64,000 nucleotides of DNA, from the NCBI GenBank assembly GCA_965112155.1, contig OZ218107.1; one strand, 5' to 3'. Positions 37,800 to 51,442 of the stretch are shown here, piece after piece. Each line of letters begins with the position of its first letter. Position 1 is the first letter of the stretch. This DNA comes from Podarcis liolepis. Taxonomy: Eukaryota. A model generated the notes under the pieces. That model had not been told where the DNA came from and did no database searches. It saw nothing but the letters and a program-made list of their open reading frames with translations. The position numbers were made by a program, and so were the translations under genes.

Positions 37800-40700
37800 A
37801 ATTGCAGAGGATAATCTGAATTAAGTACAGATGCAATACAAATCGACGGTGCCTGGGGAGGGGCAAGCCCGAGGAAGACACGTTCTCGATCCACGATTGC
37901 ACAACCCACTCCCTCTTCTGCCAAAACCTCCTGCGTCTGTGGGCGTTATTTGCACCGGGCACCTCCCTCCCAGGCCTCCTCGCGAACGCAAAACTGGCAT
38001 TACCGTCCCGCACGGGGACCTGCTCTCCGCCCGCCTCCTGCCCCACAACTTCAATAATCGCCTGTGCCAAGGGATGAATGACCCAGCCAAGGAAGCCTCA
38101 ACACCCATTAAGGTTGGCCCCCTCCCCTCGCTCTGCCTCGACTGGAGTGTCCCGGGAGTTGTACTACGTAGCGAGCCCTGCTGCTCTCCTACACAAGATG
38201 CAGCGCCTGGGCGAGTGACCTACTTTGCCTTTTAACTACCCTTCTCAATATGCTTTGCGCCAAAGCTGGCCCAGACAGCGAGCGCCTGCTCAGTGGAGCA
38301 CGGCACAAAATTTTCCAAGGCGCATGCGCTCTCTGTGCTCGATTGCTCAACGCTTCTCCCCCCCCTCCATCCCCCCCCCGGCCTCAACATGCCATCTTGC
38401 ATTGTTGGATTTCTATGTGGAATAACTAATTTCTCGGCCTCTTTCTCCCCCGCGCGGGGAGGCGGCTTGCGGGGCGGGAGATGGATTAAGCGGAGGAAAT
38501 TTCAATCAGGGCTTATTGTTACGGTTGCAACTCACATCTGCTCCTGCTGGGTAGCTCAGAAGTAGACAACATTCCCCCCCCCAAAAAAAGACACACCAAC
38601 ACACACACACAGGCAGAGCTGCTAGGCCTACGAAACGGAGACTTGGCCAGGCGTCCTTGCAATACTCGAAAGTAAATCCCCCGCTAGTTCAAGTGCGCTT
38701 TGAAACTGACAGCCAAGGCACCAAGCCGGGAGATGCGGCCCGCACTGGGGGGCGAGGAGGAGGAAAGGCCGCTTCCCCTGTTCCCTCCCCAGCCACCAGC
38801 CGGCCTCCGCCTCCCCTCCCCGAGGGATGCACGCACCAAAGAACCGCTTGCAGCCTCCTCTTCCTACAGGGAGCCCCCCCACAATATGGGCGGAGGCCGA
38901 GGAGAAGAGTAGGCCGAGTGAAGGTGATCTGGCCCTGACCTTTACCTCCAGGCTCTGGGCTCTCCCTTCAGGGCCGCCCAAGCTTCTGGGTCACAGGCGC
39001 CCCCGCCCCATAGCCGAGAGCTTTTCCTCCCGAAATCCCCCTTCTCAATAATGGGGGGCGCGGAGGTGACACCCCAAAATTAATTTCGAGGGCAGTGCAC
39101 AAATGTGGCTTTGGGCTCCAAGCCGCCCCAGGCCCGCACCTGCAGGGCCCTCCGAGGCAGATCCCTGGGCCTAATTTACCTCACAGGGTGGCTGTCACGA
39201 TGAATGAGAGGAAGGAGACGGCCAAAGGCCCTTCCCACACCGAAAGCTGCTCCCAAAACCGAGTCCAGTGCTGCCGTTTTGTTTTCCTGAGCCTCCCCGC
39301 CTCCATCCCATTATTAAATCACTGCGGGAAGGAGAACAAGTTCATCATCCCACTTAAGCTGTGGGGCTGCGGGAGGCTGGATTTCTCCCCCCCCCTCCCC
39401 TTTACTCCACACTATAATATAAATATATCTGTATTTGCTTTGGTTTAGGTCTGCGTTTGTGACATAAGAAATCCTAAAGAGGCCCCCGGGGCTCTATTCC
39501 GAGGAGGGAGGGGGAAAGAAAGTTCGAGCACAAAACGGGCTGGAACCATCTTTTTTCCTGACAAAAGCCGAGCTTTTGAGTATTGATCCGGATTGAGCGA
39601 AACAGAAACCATCTTCTTTCTCGCTTTCTCGGGTCCCAAAGATCCCCCACGGCCACCCCTTTCGGTCCAGCCCTGTTGGTCTTCTTGTTGTTGTTGTTGT
39701 TACCTCCACCACCGTTTACATTCTTAAAAAGGATCGAAATTTTCTCCCCTAATTCACCCGAACCCGGGAGGAAGGCAGAGAGGAGGGTTTTTTGCACGAT
39801 AGGTGGTCCAAGGACTCGATCCTCGCGAATTACCTGAGGGATCTGGGGTGGCTGTTGTTGTTTGTTTTTAATCCACTCCGGTAAAATGAGTAGAAACAAA
39901 ATGGTGAACCGGGGACATTTTTCAATCGTTCAACCCAAATGACTTTCAACCTCCCTTCACCACGAAATGAAAAACATTAATATCTTTTGGAGTGGGGGGG
40001 GGGGGGAGAGTGCCGTGTAAGAGACACAGCGCTATTAAGACTAAGGCAGGGATTCATTTTTTTCCTCCTTTCTTTTAAAGGGGCAGAGCAGATCTGCCTA
40101 CGATGATTTGAGTAGAAGCCAGCCCTTCTCTCCTTGAGAGAACCAGAAGCGGAGTTGGAAGACTGGCGGCTTCTGAAAATCTTATTAGCACAATGCGATT
40201 AATTCGTTCCTTAAAGGAATATACGAGGCGCAAGCAGAACCCCAACGAGATAAGCCGGCGTGCGGAAGAAAAACATCGTTCAAGAAAATATTTAAATTGT
40301 GTGACTATGGAAATCGTTCCTCTTCCTTTGCCCTCATCACCCCTCAATTCTAGCAATAAGCCATCACTTACTTCTTTTTTTCAGCACCAGGTGAGATGGT
40401 TTGGTGGCTTCTTTTTCTTTCCAGGGTGTTTCTTGGGAGTTCCTCTCTCACAAAGTGCTGATATGGTGGTGGGCGTTCGATTTTTTTTATATAAAAAAAT
40501 TAAATGGATGCTGTTTTAGATAACTTCTCCCCCTTCTACAGGCCCAAACAGAAGCGGGGTGGGGGGATGTTGACTGGGGCGCCCCCTACTTCCTTCCTTC
40601 CCTCCCTGCGCAGGGAACCTGAAGCCACCCTCTCCCTGGCCCAAAGTGAGCAAAGTAAATGAAAAGTTTCACCCTTAGCAACCCTGCGCATGGATATTCC

Positions 40701-40900
40701 CTTCCACACCCAGGGTGACGCGTCCTGCAAAGGACAAGGAAGGGGAGGGGAAGGAGGGCAGGCTGGAACTACTTTCCCAAACACTGGTTTTAAATTAACC
40801 CGTTCTGCGCCGGGCGCGTTATATTATTGTTTCAGATGCTTGGAAACGCCTCCCGTAAAGAAACTCCGTCATTTGCCACGGATATTTATTTATTTATTTT
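37800..40900 (-). promoter_or_regulatory. TOB2: CpG-rich TOB2 promoter / non-coding first exon region
   Basis: High CpG density, a perfect NRF1 palindrome GCGCATGCGC at 38320-38329 and GC boxes. Minus-strand donor candidates GAG|GTAAAG (exon end 38946) and CAG|GTAATT (exon end 39834). Confidence 0.6.
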
Positions 40901-43014
40901 GGTACGTTTTAATGAATTTCCCCTCTTCATTCTGTGACAGGCAACAACTTGTATTCAACCCTTCAGAGAACCCTCCTGAGAACAAACCAAGGAAATTTTA
41001 AATAGATTGGACCCCCTTTACTTACTTCCGAGTAAACCTACATAGGCTTAGGCTGCATGAGAGATCAAGCTTTTATACTGAAGACTTTGCCCCTTGTAAT
41101 CTGAGTTAATTAATCTGCAATAACTACCAACAAGCTTTCTTCCATACACATAATCATTTATGGAGACAGAAATGCTCCCCGCCCCTAAGGATGTGCTGAA
41201 GGTGGGAAAATTCCACATTTCCCACCCTTAAGCCTCACTAATGGTGTGAGTGGGTGGTTAGCACCTTTCACCACCAATTAGTCAATGTGAATATAGAGAC
41301 AAGGGTTGGTAATTATATTTGATTCTACTCTGCTATCTTCAGTTAGGGCTGAGAAAGATTTCAGACTAAAGCCCTGGAGAGCTGCCAGGCAGTGTGGATA
41401 ATACTGAGCTAGATGGACACATAGTCTGATTGGATATAAGGCAGCTTCCTGCCTCTGACAAATGAAGCAAGAAATATTGTATAGCCTGGTGGTATCTATG
41501 CATGTTTATTTGGAAGAAAAACCCATGATATTCAGCAGTGCTTACTTCTCCAGTAAGAACCGTAGCTTTGAAAAAATATACACCTATTCTGTACCTCCTA
41601 CTTTACTCCATTAAATGCTGAAAATGTTTGTATGTCATCATACCAATGAAGGATATTTGAATTAGACTGAAACTGAACAATCTCTCCCCTTCCCACTGAA
41701 CATTTTGGTTCACCCAGTCCTGTAACCCTCCTGTCTGGTGCTGTCAGATGCCAACTCCAGCCTCAGACGGCACAGCCAACAGACAGGGGTGATAAGTGAT
41801 ATAGTCCAGCATTAGAAAAATGCTCACTGCAGGGTCAGGCCAAGACATTTTGCAGCCTGAGGTGCAGCACAAGATGGTGCACTTCCATTTGATATACACA
41901 ATGCAACTGGACTGGTAGCTGGATTTTTTTTCATCACAGGCCAGGGGGCAGTGGCGTCCGCCACACCTGTGGGAACCAGGTTCATTTAGGGCGGCCAGGC
42001 CATGTGGCAGGCAGAGCTCTGGCATCCAACAGCGAAGAGTGGATCTTGGAGCCAGGAGGAATGCCTGTGAGGCTGGCTCTGCTGCTTCCTAGCATCTGCT
42101 GCCTCATATGGCTAGTGGTAAGTGTAGGCCCTGTACAAAAAATGGGTTCTGTGCTTAGATTTTTAAAAAATAAACATGCTGCAGAAATTACATTTTATAA
42201 AATGACAAGCTAAACATGTTTAGGATGGATTTGTAGATTAGGGCAACAGCGCTTGTACCACGGAGTAGGACCACTATTTGTAAACACATTATTCAGTTTG
42301 GTTAAGAACTGCTTAATGTAGGTTAATTCTTATTATAAAATATGTACATAATTTTAGTCCACTAAATCAAAATTGTGTTGCTTTCCTCATTTTCATAAGT
42401 GATGGGCTTTTTTCAACCAGGACAATGATGATAGTAGCAGCTGGCTTAATTATGCCATAAAAGTGTTTCTGTGAGCTGATTCAGTGAATGGAGGATTATA
42501 GTCGAAATTTTGTTCTTTTCGACTCAATTGGCTCTTAGTACCTGTTTATATTACATTTACCTCTCAGGAAAAATCCACCTGCACTTTAAACATACAATAT
42601 TTTGACAGGTGAAATTGACACTCTATAATACTTGTCTCTGTAAATCAAATTAAATACTCTGCACTGCAGATTTCACTCATCCTTTTCCATGCATTGTTCC
42701 CAAACATTAAGTGGGTGTAAGTGGGGTAAGCTTTTAAATTCCTTGTGGCCATCCTAAGGAGAAACCACTCTGAGGAGGCTGGGAGAGCAATTTCAAGCCA
42801 TCTTTTTAAGCCATCTTAATTATGAAGTTCCTCTCAAACCTCTGCATGGCAAGAATCTTCTTTAAAGAACAGTAAGATAATTTCCTGCCCCATTGCTTTT
42901 GAGGGTGTTCTACAGAATAGGCTTACCAAGAGAGAAACCCTATACATCGTGTGTACTCAAAAGCAAGCCCCATTAAGTTCGATGGGACTTACTCAAAAGT
43001 AGCGTTTTCCAGAC

Positions 43015-43131
43015 AAGTAGCTATGTTAGCTGGTTCCTGCAAAAACATCGAAGAACCCTGTGGCACATTAAAGGTAAACACATTTATTATGGCATGAGCT
43101 TTCGTGAAAGAGAATCCGTTTCATTAGATGT
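43015..43131 (-). mobile_element. Decayed Penelope-like pLTR end with a mutated hammerhead core
   Basis: gtagctatgttag...gcacattaaaggtaaac...gcatgagctttcgtg...tcattagatg parallels the 22.7 kb element. Core reads CTAATGA instead of CTGANGA. Confidence 0.55.
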
Positions 43132-43449
43132 AAGAGTCCACTCCTTTGGTGTGCAACCGATAACTTGTCTATATCTAGCATTGGCAAAGTGGTGTTGGTG
43201 TGGAATCGGAGACAAAAACCTATTTGGCTGTTGTTCCTGTAGCTCTTTCACGGAGTCATGCCCTGCTAAAATAGTCTTGTCATAGCAGGAAATTGGATCC
43301 CCGACCATAGGATCTTTCAAAAAATGGCAGCTGTTAGTTTCTTTAAAAGGGAGAGAGAGAAGGGAGGGTTTGCCCTTGCCTGGAAACCGTGGGCTAAGAC
43401 TTCACAGCTCTGTGGGAAGCTTAAAACTATCTGCTTTTTGAGTGCATGA

Positions 43450-44340
43450 ACTTTCTTAAGAGCTCACTTAAAATGCGTGAGGTAGTCTTGACCCCTTCCC
43501 CTTCAATCTATGGAGAGGGCACTCAGAGGCACATTGCGCAGTCCCAGGATACGCTCTCGCTGCACAACAACCCAGACCTTTTGCTGGCACGGAAAACAGA
43601 TCCTGGGGCTGAGGGATCTCTGCGATCCATTCCCCAAATACCGTCCCCCCCCCCAATTTTCTTGGGAGTTATCCCCGTGGTTAAACCAGACTATTGAGAT
43701 CTGCGTGTGCGCGAGCGTGTCCTATTCGTCGATCGACAAACCCAATTTTATTTTTTTTTCGTTGGAATCCGAGCGTAGAATATACGTATTTATTTGTAAC
43801 ACGGTGGCATAAGGGGTTGGCGTGCGCCATCAGATCTCCCCACTGGCTGCCTTGCGTTAAGGCACGCGAACTGCAGGCTGCACAGAAGCGCACCTCTATT
43901 TCCCTGTTTATTTTCATCCTTCAAATGCCGGAGGGTATGCAAATCAGCTCACAGCCCCTAAACAAAACCCCACAAGGCACGGATGTCAGATGGCATTTTA
44001 ACTATTCATGGAGCACGTTTCCCCGCTCTCAATTGCAGGTGCTACTCCGCATGATTCAGGGACTACTTTTTCAGCACTGCGCCTGTGCATTTGCTTTCGT
44101 CGACGTAACTTCAGACGCAAGCACTGAGATAGGCAGAACAACCTGCAAGGTGTAGGAGCGCAGGCTGTTCTAAAAATAACAGCACCATGCTAGCAACAGC
44201 CTTCCCATTGGCTGGAGTCGTTAGGGAGTTTGGCCCATTGGTCTGCTGCGTTAACCAGTAGGCTAAAAGCAGGGTGGGGTCGGCTAGGTTTGTGTGTAAA
44301 ACTGGAAAGGCAACAAGGTTGCTGGGAAGTGTAGTTTTTG
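43450..44340 (-). promoter_or_regulatory. Second CpG cluster / candidate distal TOB2 promoter
   Basis: CpG-rich. Two minus-strand CCAAT boxes at 44207-44211 and 44237-44241 (30 bp apart), ZNF143-type ACTACACTTCCCA at 44323-44335 (minus) and NRF1-like TGCGCCTGTGCA near 44078. Confidence 0.45.
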
Positions 44341-47300
44341 CCCGTAGGTTCTCTAGGCCTGAAGTTGCCAAACGAAGGTTAAAAACAAGACTTAAGGAAC
44401 AATGTGAAGCTGTGCTGTTCAAAATAAGGGATGTGTTGTATTTTATCTGCTCCCATGGACAAATATGCTGCTTAGTTTGTGTCTCCATAGAGCATTTCAT
44501 TGGTTGTTTATAGGGAGGTGTAGAGACACATTCTGTGCATCTAAACCCCTATTAGCTATGGAAATTATTCTATGTTTTTCTTTTTCCTGTCTGTATAGCA
44601 CACAAGCAGGAAAGCAGGACAGGTTTAGACTGCCCTGTATGAACCATTTAGGTCTTATAGTAGATAAAGTGTCTCTCTACTCCTTATTCCTCCTATTCAC
44701 AGTTAAGCATGCGAGAGCTGCATTTACTACTTACAACAAAAGCCAGGGGCTTTGGCATAGTCCTAAAGCCAGCAGAAATATCTTCTACAGCATTCATGTT
44801 ACTGATTTTTATTGTATGTTAATATTTATTTATTACACCTCTACTAGAAGCTCCAGAGATGTAAACAAGCATATAAGTACAATTTTGGCAGTCACATAAC
44901 GAGTGTAATCCTAACTGCGCTTACTCGAAAGTCCACATTTCAATGTGGCTTGTTTACTCAAAAGCACAGTTCAGTATTGAGCTGTAAGGCTGCATTCTTA
45001 AATATACATGCTTGGAAGTAAACCTCACTGAAATTAATGCACCTGCTAGGGGCATACCATGGATGATTAATTAATATGAAATGAAATATTACTTGTATCA
45101 ATAGGATAATTTGCCCTATATTATTAAAAATAAATTTGACATGTTTTAAACCTGGATTACTATTCCTGTTCTTCATTGTGCTGCTCATCTCCATTCCACT
45201 CAGTGGGACGTTTGTAGTTTCCTATCCATAGTAGGAAAACTTGGTGGATTGTGCCCACAGTGAACATAACAGCTCCACCAGTTAAAATAACAATGCATTT
45301 GTCCAACAGGATGTTAGCAAACCTGCTAATCCAGACAACAGAAAAGTAGGACAGAATTTATATACAGTTATACCAATTTGACTTAAATGAGACTAAATAT
45401 TATGTCCCTATCCTAAACACACTTAATGCAAGTCTTTTTAAGTTCAAATCTCATTGTCCAGAAGACTAAATGGAGCGCTCAAAAGGATATGTTTTTCAGA
45501 TTTCATATAATCAACTCAATCTACATCTAGTAAAATGAAATTACAGCAGCATTTCTATACACATTTACCTGGAAGTGTCTTATTGAATTCAGTGGGACCT
45601 CATTTGTTCCATAAAAGTAAATGGACCTTAAGCTCATTTACAGCACAGTTCTATTAGAACTACTGTATCTTAAATCCTGGAAGCTCATATAATTAGAATG
45701 TAATAAATGTACAGCCCAGTATGCAATCTAGCATAACAGGTTATGTTCTATATGTAGGCTATATGATCATCATAATCGTTATGTATATTAATAGCAAACT
45801 CAGTTGCTGAGTTACGACGGCTATGTAGCCAAAATGGGGCTACTGAAAAGACAAGAAGTAAAAATATAAACATGCTTGAGAGAACCTGAAAATAAGCAAA
45901 AGTAGGGAAAAATAATTATATAAACTGTAATAACATTTTGTTGCAGGCCCCACTTGTAATATCATATTCTTTTGCCAGCATATTTGGTTGTTTATTGGGA
46001 AGACAATGTTCCAAATATTTAAATAAAGGCAATGACACCCAGAACTGTCCACTGACATACTATGTAGAGATGCCTCAAGCATTAATTTTTCCATGGTTCA
46101 TGTGCTCTTTTTACAAAGGTGAAATATAATATTCCAGTCATCTATGCTATACTTGAAGGAATACATGCACCCTGAACCACCATGCATGTTTATGAAAAAA
46201 CAGATCCTTGTATATTCAGTAAGGCTTGCTCCACAATACATTGAAATGCAGCACACACGTCTATTCTCAGATATATCCGTCAATTATTGCATCTATATTT
46301 CCATGATCTTTTCATCATTCGTATCCATTTGGAACCAGTCAGGGAGAATTAGGAAGACAAACTGAAATAGAAAACATTTTCAGCAAAGACACACAATTTA
46401 TTATTAAATCCAGCTATTCCTTATTTTGCTTCTAGTAAACCAGCCTTACATTAGACTGACCAGTCCAGTTTCAAACTGACACTGCAATTTATGTAGCTTT
46501 TCTAACAGTGCAATATCCTATACATGTCTACTCAGAAGTAAACTTCACTGACTTCCGTGGAACTTATTCCTAGGCGAGTATAGGATTGCAGCCTAAGATT
46601 ACATTTTAATTGATTTTAAATTGGATTAAATTGTTTTGCACTTTTTAAAAATTTCCCAGGCACATGGGCAGCCCTAATGGTATTTTATTATATTATTAAA
46701 TCAGTTTTTACTATTTAGTAATTTTATTATTGTATTTTTTATCTGTAAATTGCTTTGGAACTTTTTAGTGGAAACCAACACACACATTTAATACACTTTA
46801 AAAATAATCCAGAAAACATAGTTAATATTGCTGCCAATGACTGAATAAATCCTATTCATAGGAGAGGAAAAACATTCCTTCCACCATACTAGCTTTGCTG
46901 TGAGTTTTTAATACCAAGAAAGACCAGTCAGTCTATAATTAGGTGTAATGAGCACTTACTCATTGCCCAGCATTCTTTACCTTTACATCACCTGACACTT
47001 ACAACCCAAGGAAATTAGTTCTTTCCTGCCTTTCAAATGAAGAAACAGTTTGACAAGGAGCAGTTACTCACCATGAAGGTGCAAAACACAATATATACTA
47101 CAAAGTCAGACTTATTCATCTCAAATCATCCTCCAATTTAGTTCTCTTTATCTTAAGACTGAAAGGTGAGAGGTGTGGACTTTTGTGAGGGGAGGAACAA
47201 GTCATTCTCCTCCACCCTCTTCTTGATTAATGGCATTAATAGGGCACCTGTGGCCATCCAGATATTATTGGACTACAAATTCCATCCCTCCTGATGATTG

Positions 47301-48735
47301 ATCGTGCTCACTGGGGATGATGGGATGTAGGCATCCAACACCATAGATTCCTCATCCCTCCTTTATGTCTATTTCCCTGAGCTGACTTACCAAGCTGGAA
47401 ATCATGGGGCCAACTCTGTTTTTCAGTGTCTTTATGCCTTCCCTCAAGTGCTCACCTGACTTGGGAAAACTTGACCAGGTAAGATAATTGCTTCCTTGAC
47501 AAGGATAGTTGGGATGGCAAAGTCTGAGAAGCCATGAGACAGAAAACTACTGAGTTGATCACACCCATTTTAAGATGGTTACATGTAAGACTCAGGAAGA
47601 TGATCAGGCATGTGATACACATGATTAAAGCATATTACTAACGGGCTATTATGGGCCACTCCAGGTCTCCTCACATGAGCAAATTTCAGCTTAGTAGGTA
47701 TGACTCCTTTCTTGGCCTAAACAAAACATTGCAAGGTTTATTTTCATAGAACTTGGCCAGCTGTGCATCTAATGGGACACAAAGGCATAGATGTGAACAT
47801 AACAATGCATTTTAAGCAGGGCTAGCTGAAAGGTACATAATATATTCTCAACACCAGAGAGCACAATTTACACAGACCTTCATACAAGTTTTGTTGTGTG
47901 TGGGGTTTTTTTGTTTTTACAAATTGTATTATTGTAGGACCAACATGAGTTCAGCATCCATACCATAAATATTTGCTTCATTCTTTCTATACAATAATCT
48001 CACAAGGCAGGCTTTGGGCTCCATTTTCAGAGGAAAAGCCAGGCTGAAATATAGTGACTGGATTTAGGATTGGTAAATGCAGGCTTGAAAAAGCTATTCT
48101 CCATAGAGGTTGCACTGGTTTTTAAATCTTTTAAAAACACTCTTTAAACTTTGTAACTGAAAGATAAGGAGCCTATGCTATTAGTGACTACACATCATGT
48201 GGTACAAGCTTTTGAGTGCCAAGGTCGCTAAAAGTAGTGCACACTGTATCTTGGTAACATTGGTTTCCCTGGAGATTTACTAATGCAGGCCTGTATAATT
48301 TGTAATTCCTCAAGTTGAAAATAGCCCACCAGCCACATTATTGTGGCATGCCAAGCACTCCCCCATTCCAATTTTGCAGGTCCAGGAAGGAAGTAAAATC
48401 AAGTTTATTGAGCCCCTAGATGGCTGCCACATGCGGCTAGTGGAATTCATCCAGCTTGGTGATAAGACAAGATGTTTAGTCTCATAACAAAAAGTTGCAA
48501 AGAAATCAGAATAAATTTCTTATCTGAGCAGCCTGCTTTACATTGTCACTTTTGTTGGATTTTTAGGCATTAAACCAAGTCTCTCAAACCTGGGTCCCCA
48601 GATGTTGTTGATACCAGGATCAGTGGTCAGGGATGATGGGGGTCGTAGTCCAACAAGTTTGAGAAAGGCACAAACACGTATCAAATTTGAGATATCTGTG
48701 CCAAGTAGAAGCAAAACTCCTCATTAACAAGACAA

Positions 48736-49020
48736 TAAAGGTAAAGGTAAAGTGACCCCTAACCATTAGGTCCAGTCGCGGACGACTCTGGGGTTGCAGT
48801 GCTCATCTCGCTTTATTGGCCAATGGAGCCGGTGTACAGCTCATGTGACCAGCATGACTAAGCCACTTCTGGCGAACCAGAGCAGTGCACGGAAACGCCG
48901 TTTACCTTCCTGCCACAGCAGTTCCTATTTATCTACTTGCACTTTGACGTGCTTTCGAACTGCTAGGCTGGCACGAGCAGGGACCAAGCAATGGAAGTTC
49001 ACCCCGTCGCGGGGATTCAA
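48736..49020 (-). mobile_element. Sauria SINE, 5'-truncated, minus strand
   Basis: (AAAGGT)n tail followed by the reverse complement of the variant-B body. Confidence 0.85.
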
Positions 49021-49420
49021 GACAGTAGCTCACATTAAACAAGACAGTAGCTCACATTAAAAGGAATGTCACTTCTCTTTGTATCAAATATTTTAGTCTA
49101 TAACATAAACAGTAGACCAAGACAAGAAATCCACAAATCATGTCACAAGTCATGTTCTGAACACTTTTCATGCTTTTCCACATCATCTTCTTTTTCTTGC
49201 CATTTTCAGCCATTCCACATCATATACCCAATGTGGGGAACCTATGGTCCACCAGTCCTCTCCATTTGGCCCATTAGATCATTTGGGCTAAGCCATGCCT
49301 ACCTGCTTTATACCTGATATGATGTCTGATGTAGGACAGATGAAGACATGGCCGTGCCAAACTGGGGTTGTAAGCACTACCAATCTAGAGTACAGTCTTC
49401 ATTTTGAGAATTAATTTCTC

Positions 49421-49642
49421 ATAGAAGCATAGAATTGTAGAGTTGGAAGGGACTTCAGGAGTGCCTGGCGTGCTCTGGTCCATGGGGTCACGAAGAGTCA
49501 GACACGACTAAACAACAACAACAAGGGACTTCAAGGGTCATCTAGTCCAGCCCCTGCAATGCAGGAATCCTGCCCACAGCCATCCCTGGGAGGGCTCAAA
49601 CCACCAACCTTCTGGTTAACAGCCAGACACACTGACCCATTG
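49421..49642 (-). mobile_element. tRNA-derived SINE with a CR1-like 3' tail (interrupted by BovB)
   Basis: Minus strand has a tRNA-like head (caatgggtcagtgtgtctggctgttaaccagaaggttggtggtttgag) and the tail ggactagatgaccctt...ccaactctacaattctatg. Confidence 0.65.
49458..49522 (+). mobile_element. BovB (RTE) 3' terminal fragment with an 11-bp TSD
   Basis: gcctggcgtgctctggtccatggggtcacgaagagtcagacacgact-(aac)n; TSD AAGGGACTTCA at 49447-49457 and 49523-49533. Confidence 0.85.
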
Positions 49643-49921
49643 TGGCACTGGTGGCTACATGACTGGATAGATTTGCAATAGTTTGCATCTTGAGTCTTTC
49701 CATTCTGGTCCCATCCTCCCATCCAATTGCTCCCCAAAGGTAAAATATCTTATTGGTCCCCAGCACTAGCTCAGTAACAGCCTCTAGAGCCATTACCATT
49801 TTTTGTAAAAAGAAGAAAAAGCTTCACCCGCATTAAAAAAATAGGAAAGGCAAGCAATATTACGAAACCATCTATAAAAATCAAAATTCCAAAAGTATGC
49901 TTTTGGAGCTAGTACAGAGTA

Positions 49922-50160
49922 CAGTGGTACCTCGGGTTAAGTACTTAATTCATTCCAGAGGTCCGTTCTTAACCTGAAACTGTTAACCTGAAGCACCACT
50001 TTAGCTAATGGGGCCTCCTGCTGCCACCGCACTGCTGAAGCACGATTTCTGTTCTCATCCTGAAGCAAAGTTCTTAACCTGAAGCACTATTTCTGGGTTA
50101 GCGGAATCTGTAACCTGAAGAGTATGTAACCTGAAGTGTATGTAACCTGAGGTACCACTG
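49922..50160. mobile_element. pogo/Tigger-type MITE
   Basis: TIRs and TA TSD; very similar to the 19040 copy. Confidence 0.9.
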
Positions 50161-50954
50161 TATACTGAAACCTGTTCCAGTTATAGCATTTGATAAACAA
50201 TGTTATTCATGGCTATGCTGTAGTGGTGTGTTAATATGCTTTGCCTAACAGGCACAGTGGACTATAGAATTGAATAAGGTCACTTAAGAGTGACCTGTTT
50301 TCAGAAACCCTGGAAGCAAAGGCTGAGGTCCAGGGTTGCGAGTATGTAGAAAGCTTGCTGCTTCTCTTGCCAAACCTGTTCTGTGGAGAGTAGCTTTCTA
50401 CCATGTAGAGGCACCTTGGTGCTTAGAAGTACAAGTTTATTACCACACCTTTTACCACACCAACTATTTCCCTTCAGAGACGACAACTTGTGCACAATGT
50501 CTGGCTGTGATTTGGAATCTGGTAATCACAGCTCATAACAATGCCATTTATGGGATGGAAGAATAATCTGGGCAGGGCAACACCCATCTTTTTATAGTCT
50601 GCTTCTCATGGGTCTTTTGTCTGTAGCAGCAGTAGGATGTCATTTTCCTGCTGCTGAACTAGTTCTATGTGGATAATTGCACTAGAACAAAACTGGGTAA
50701 ATCTCAAATGGCAACTAGACTTTTTCAACAGTAGGCAAGAATGGCGGTTTTACAGCATAAGCATTTCACACTGATGCAAGACACACGTTAAGACAATATG
50801 AACTGCTGTTCTTTAAAGCCTTTCAGTGCTCTGGACTTCAAACTTGCCACTGTTGGAGGATATCATCTTATACATATCTAACAACAGGAGCCAAGAAAGA
50901 ACAATATGGAGAGATTCAGAGACAGGACCCTCCATTAGAAGACTACTATAAAAC

Positions 50955-50960
50955 TTTATT
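50955..50960 (-). terminator. PHF5A: PHF5A poly(A) signal AATAAA
   Basis: TTTATT on the plus strand ~390 nt downstream of the PHF5A stop codon. Confidence 0.65.
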
Positions 50961-51352
50961 GATGCATAATTCACAAAGATGATGTGCCTTGGCTTACTTC
51001 AGGGAAAATATAGGCACAGTCATAACACTAAGTGAAAGGATCCAGTCAACAGAAATTTAGGTTGCTTATCTATAAAGGGGTAGATTGGAAGTCACAGGGG
51101 CTGAAATGTAAATCTCTTTCCTCTGAGACACAGATGCAATAAAGATGCTCAACTCCCTTGGTAACATTAGGGACCACTGAGGAATGGCAGGGAAGACAGC
51201 AACCTCCAAATTTAGTTTTACATACTAGTTTCTGCAACAAATTTTAAGGACTAAGAACAAATGAGCTGCTTTCCAGTAAGATGGCAGTCCTTTTTTTTTT
51301 AAAAAAAAGAATCCTTGCAGTCTCCAGCAAATGTACCATGGTGGAGATGGGA

Positions 51353-51442
51353 TCACCTTTTCTTAAAGCCATACTTCTTTCGCTCATAGAAGAGATCTGT
51401 TTTTGAGCTGCCCAGATTGACAATCTTGGGACAGCCATCTCT
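51353..51442 (-). CDS. PHF5A: PHF5A coding exon 4 (90 nt including TGA)
   Basis: ttttcag|AGA GAT GGC... encodes [29 protein letters not shown]. The four exons total 333 nt = 110 aa plus stop. Confidence 0.97.

Noticed and set aside
37786-44513. Many 70-150 aa ORFs in the CpG-rich region
   Set aside because: Expected from stop-codon scarcity in GC-rich DNA; no recognisable homology.
46507-46593. Imperfect hairpin considered as a pre-miRNA
   Set aside because: Member of a dispersed palindromic repeat with decayed copies at about 36.75, 41.5, 42.95, 44.9, 52.0 and 63.85 kb.
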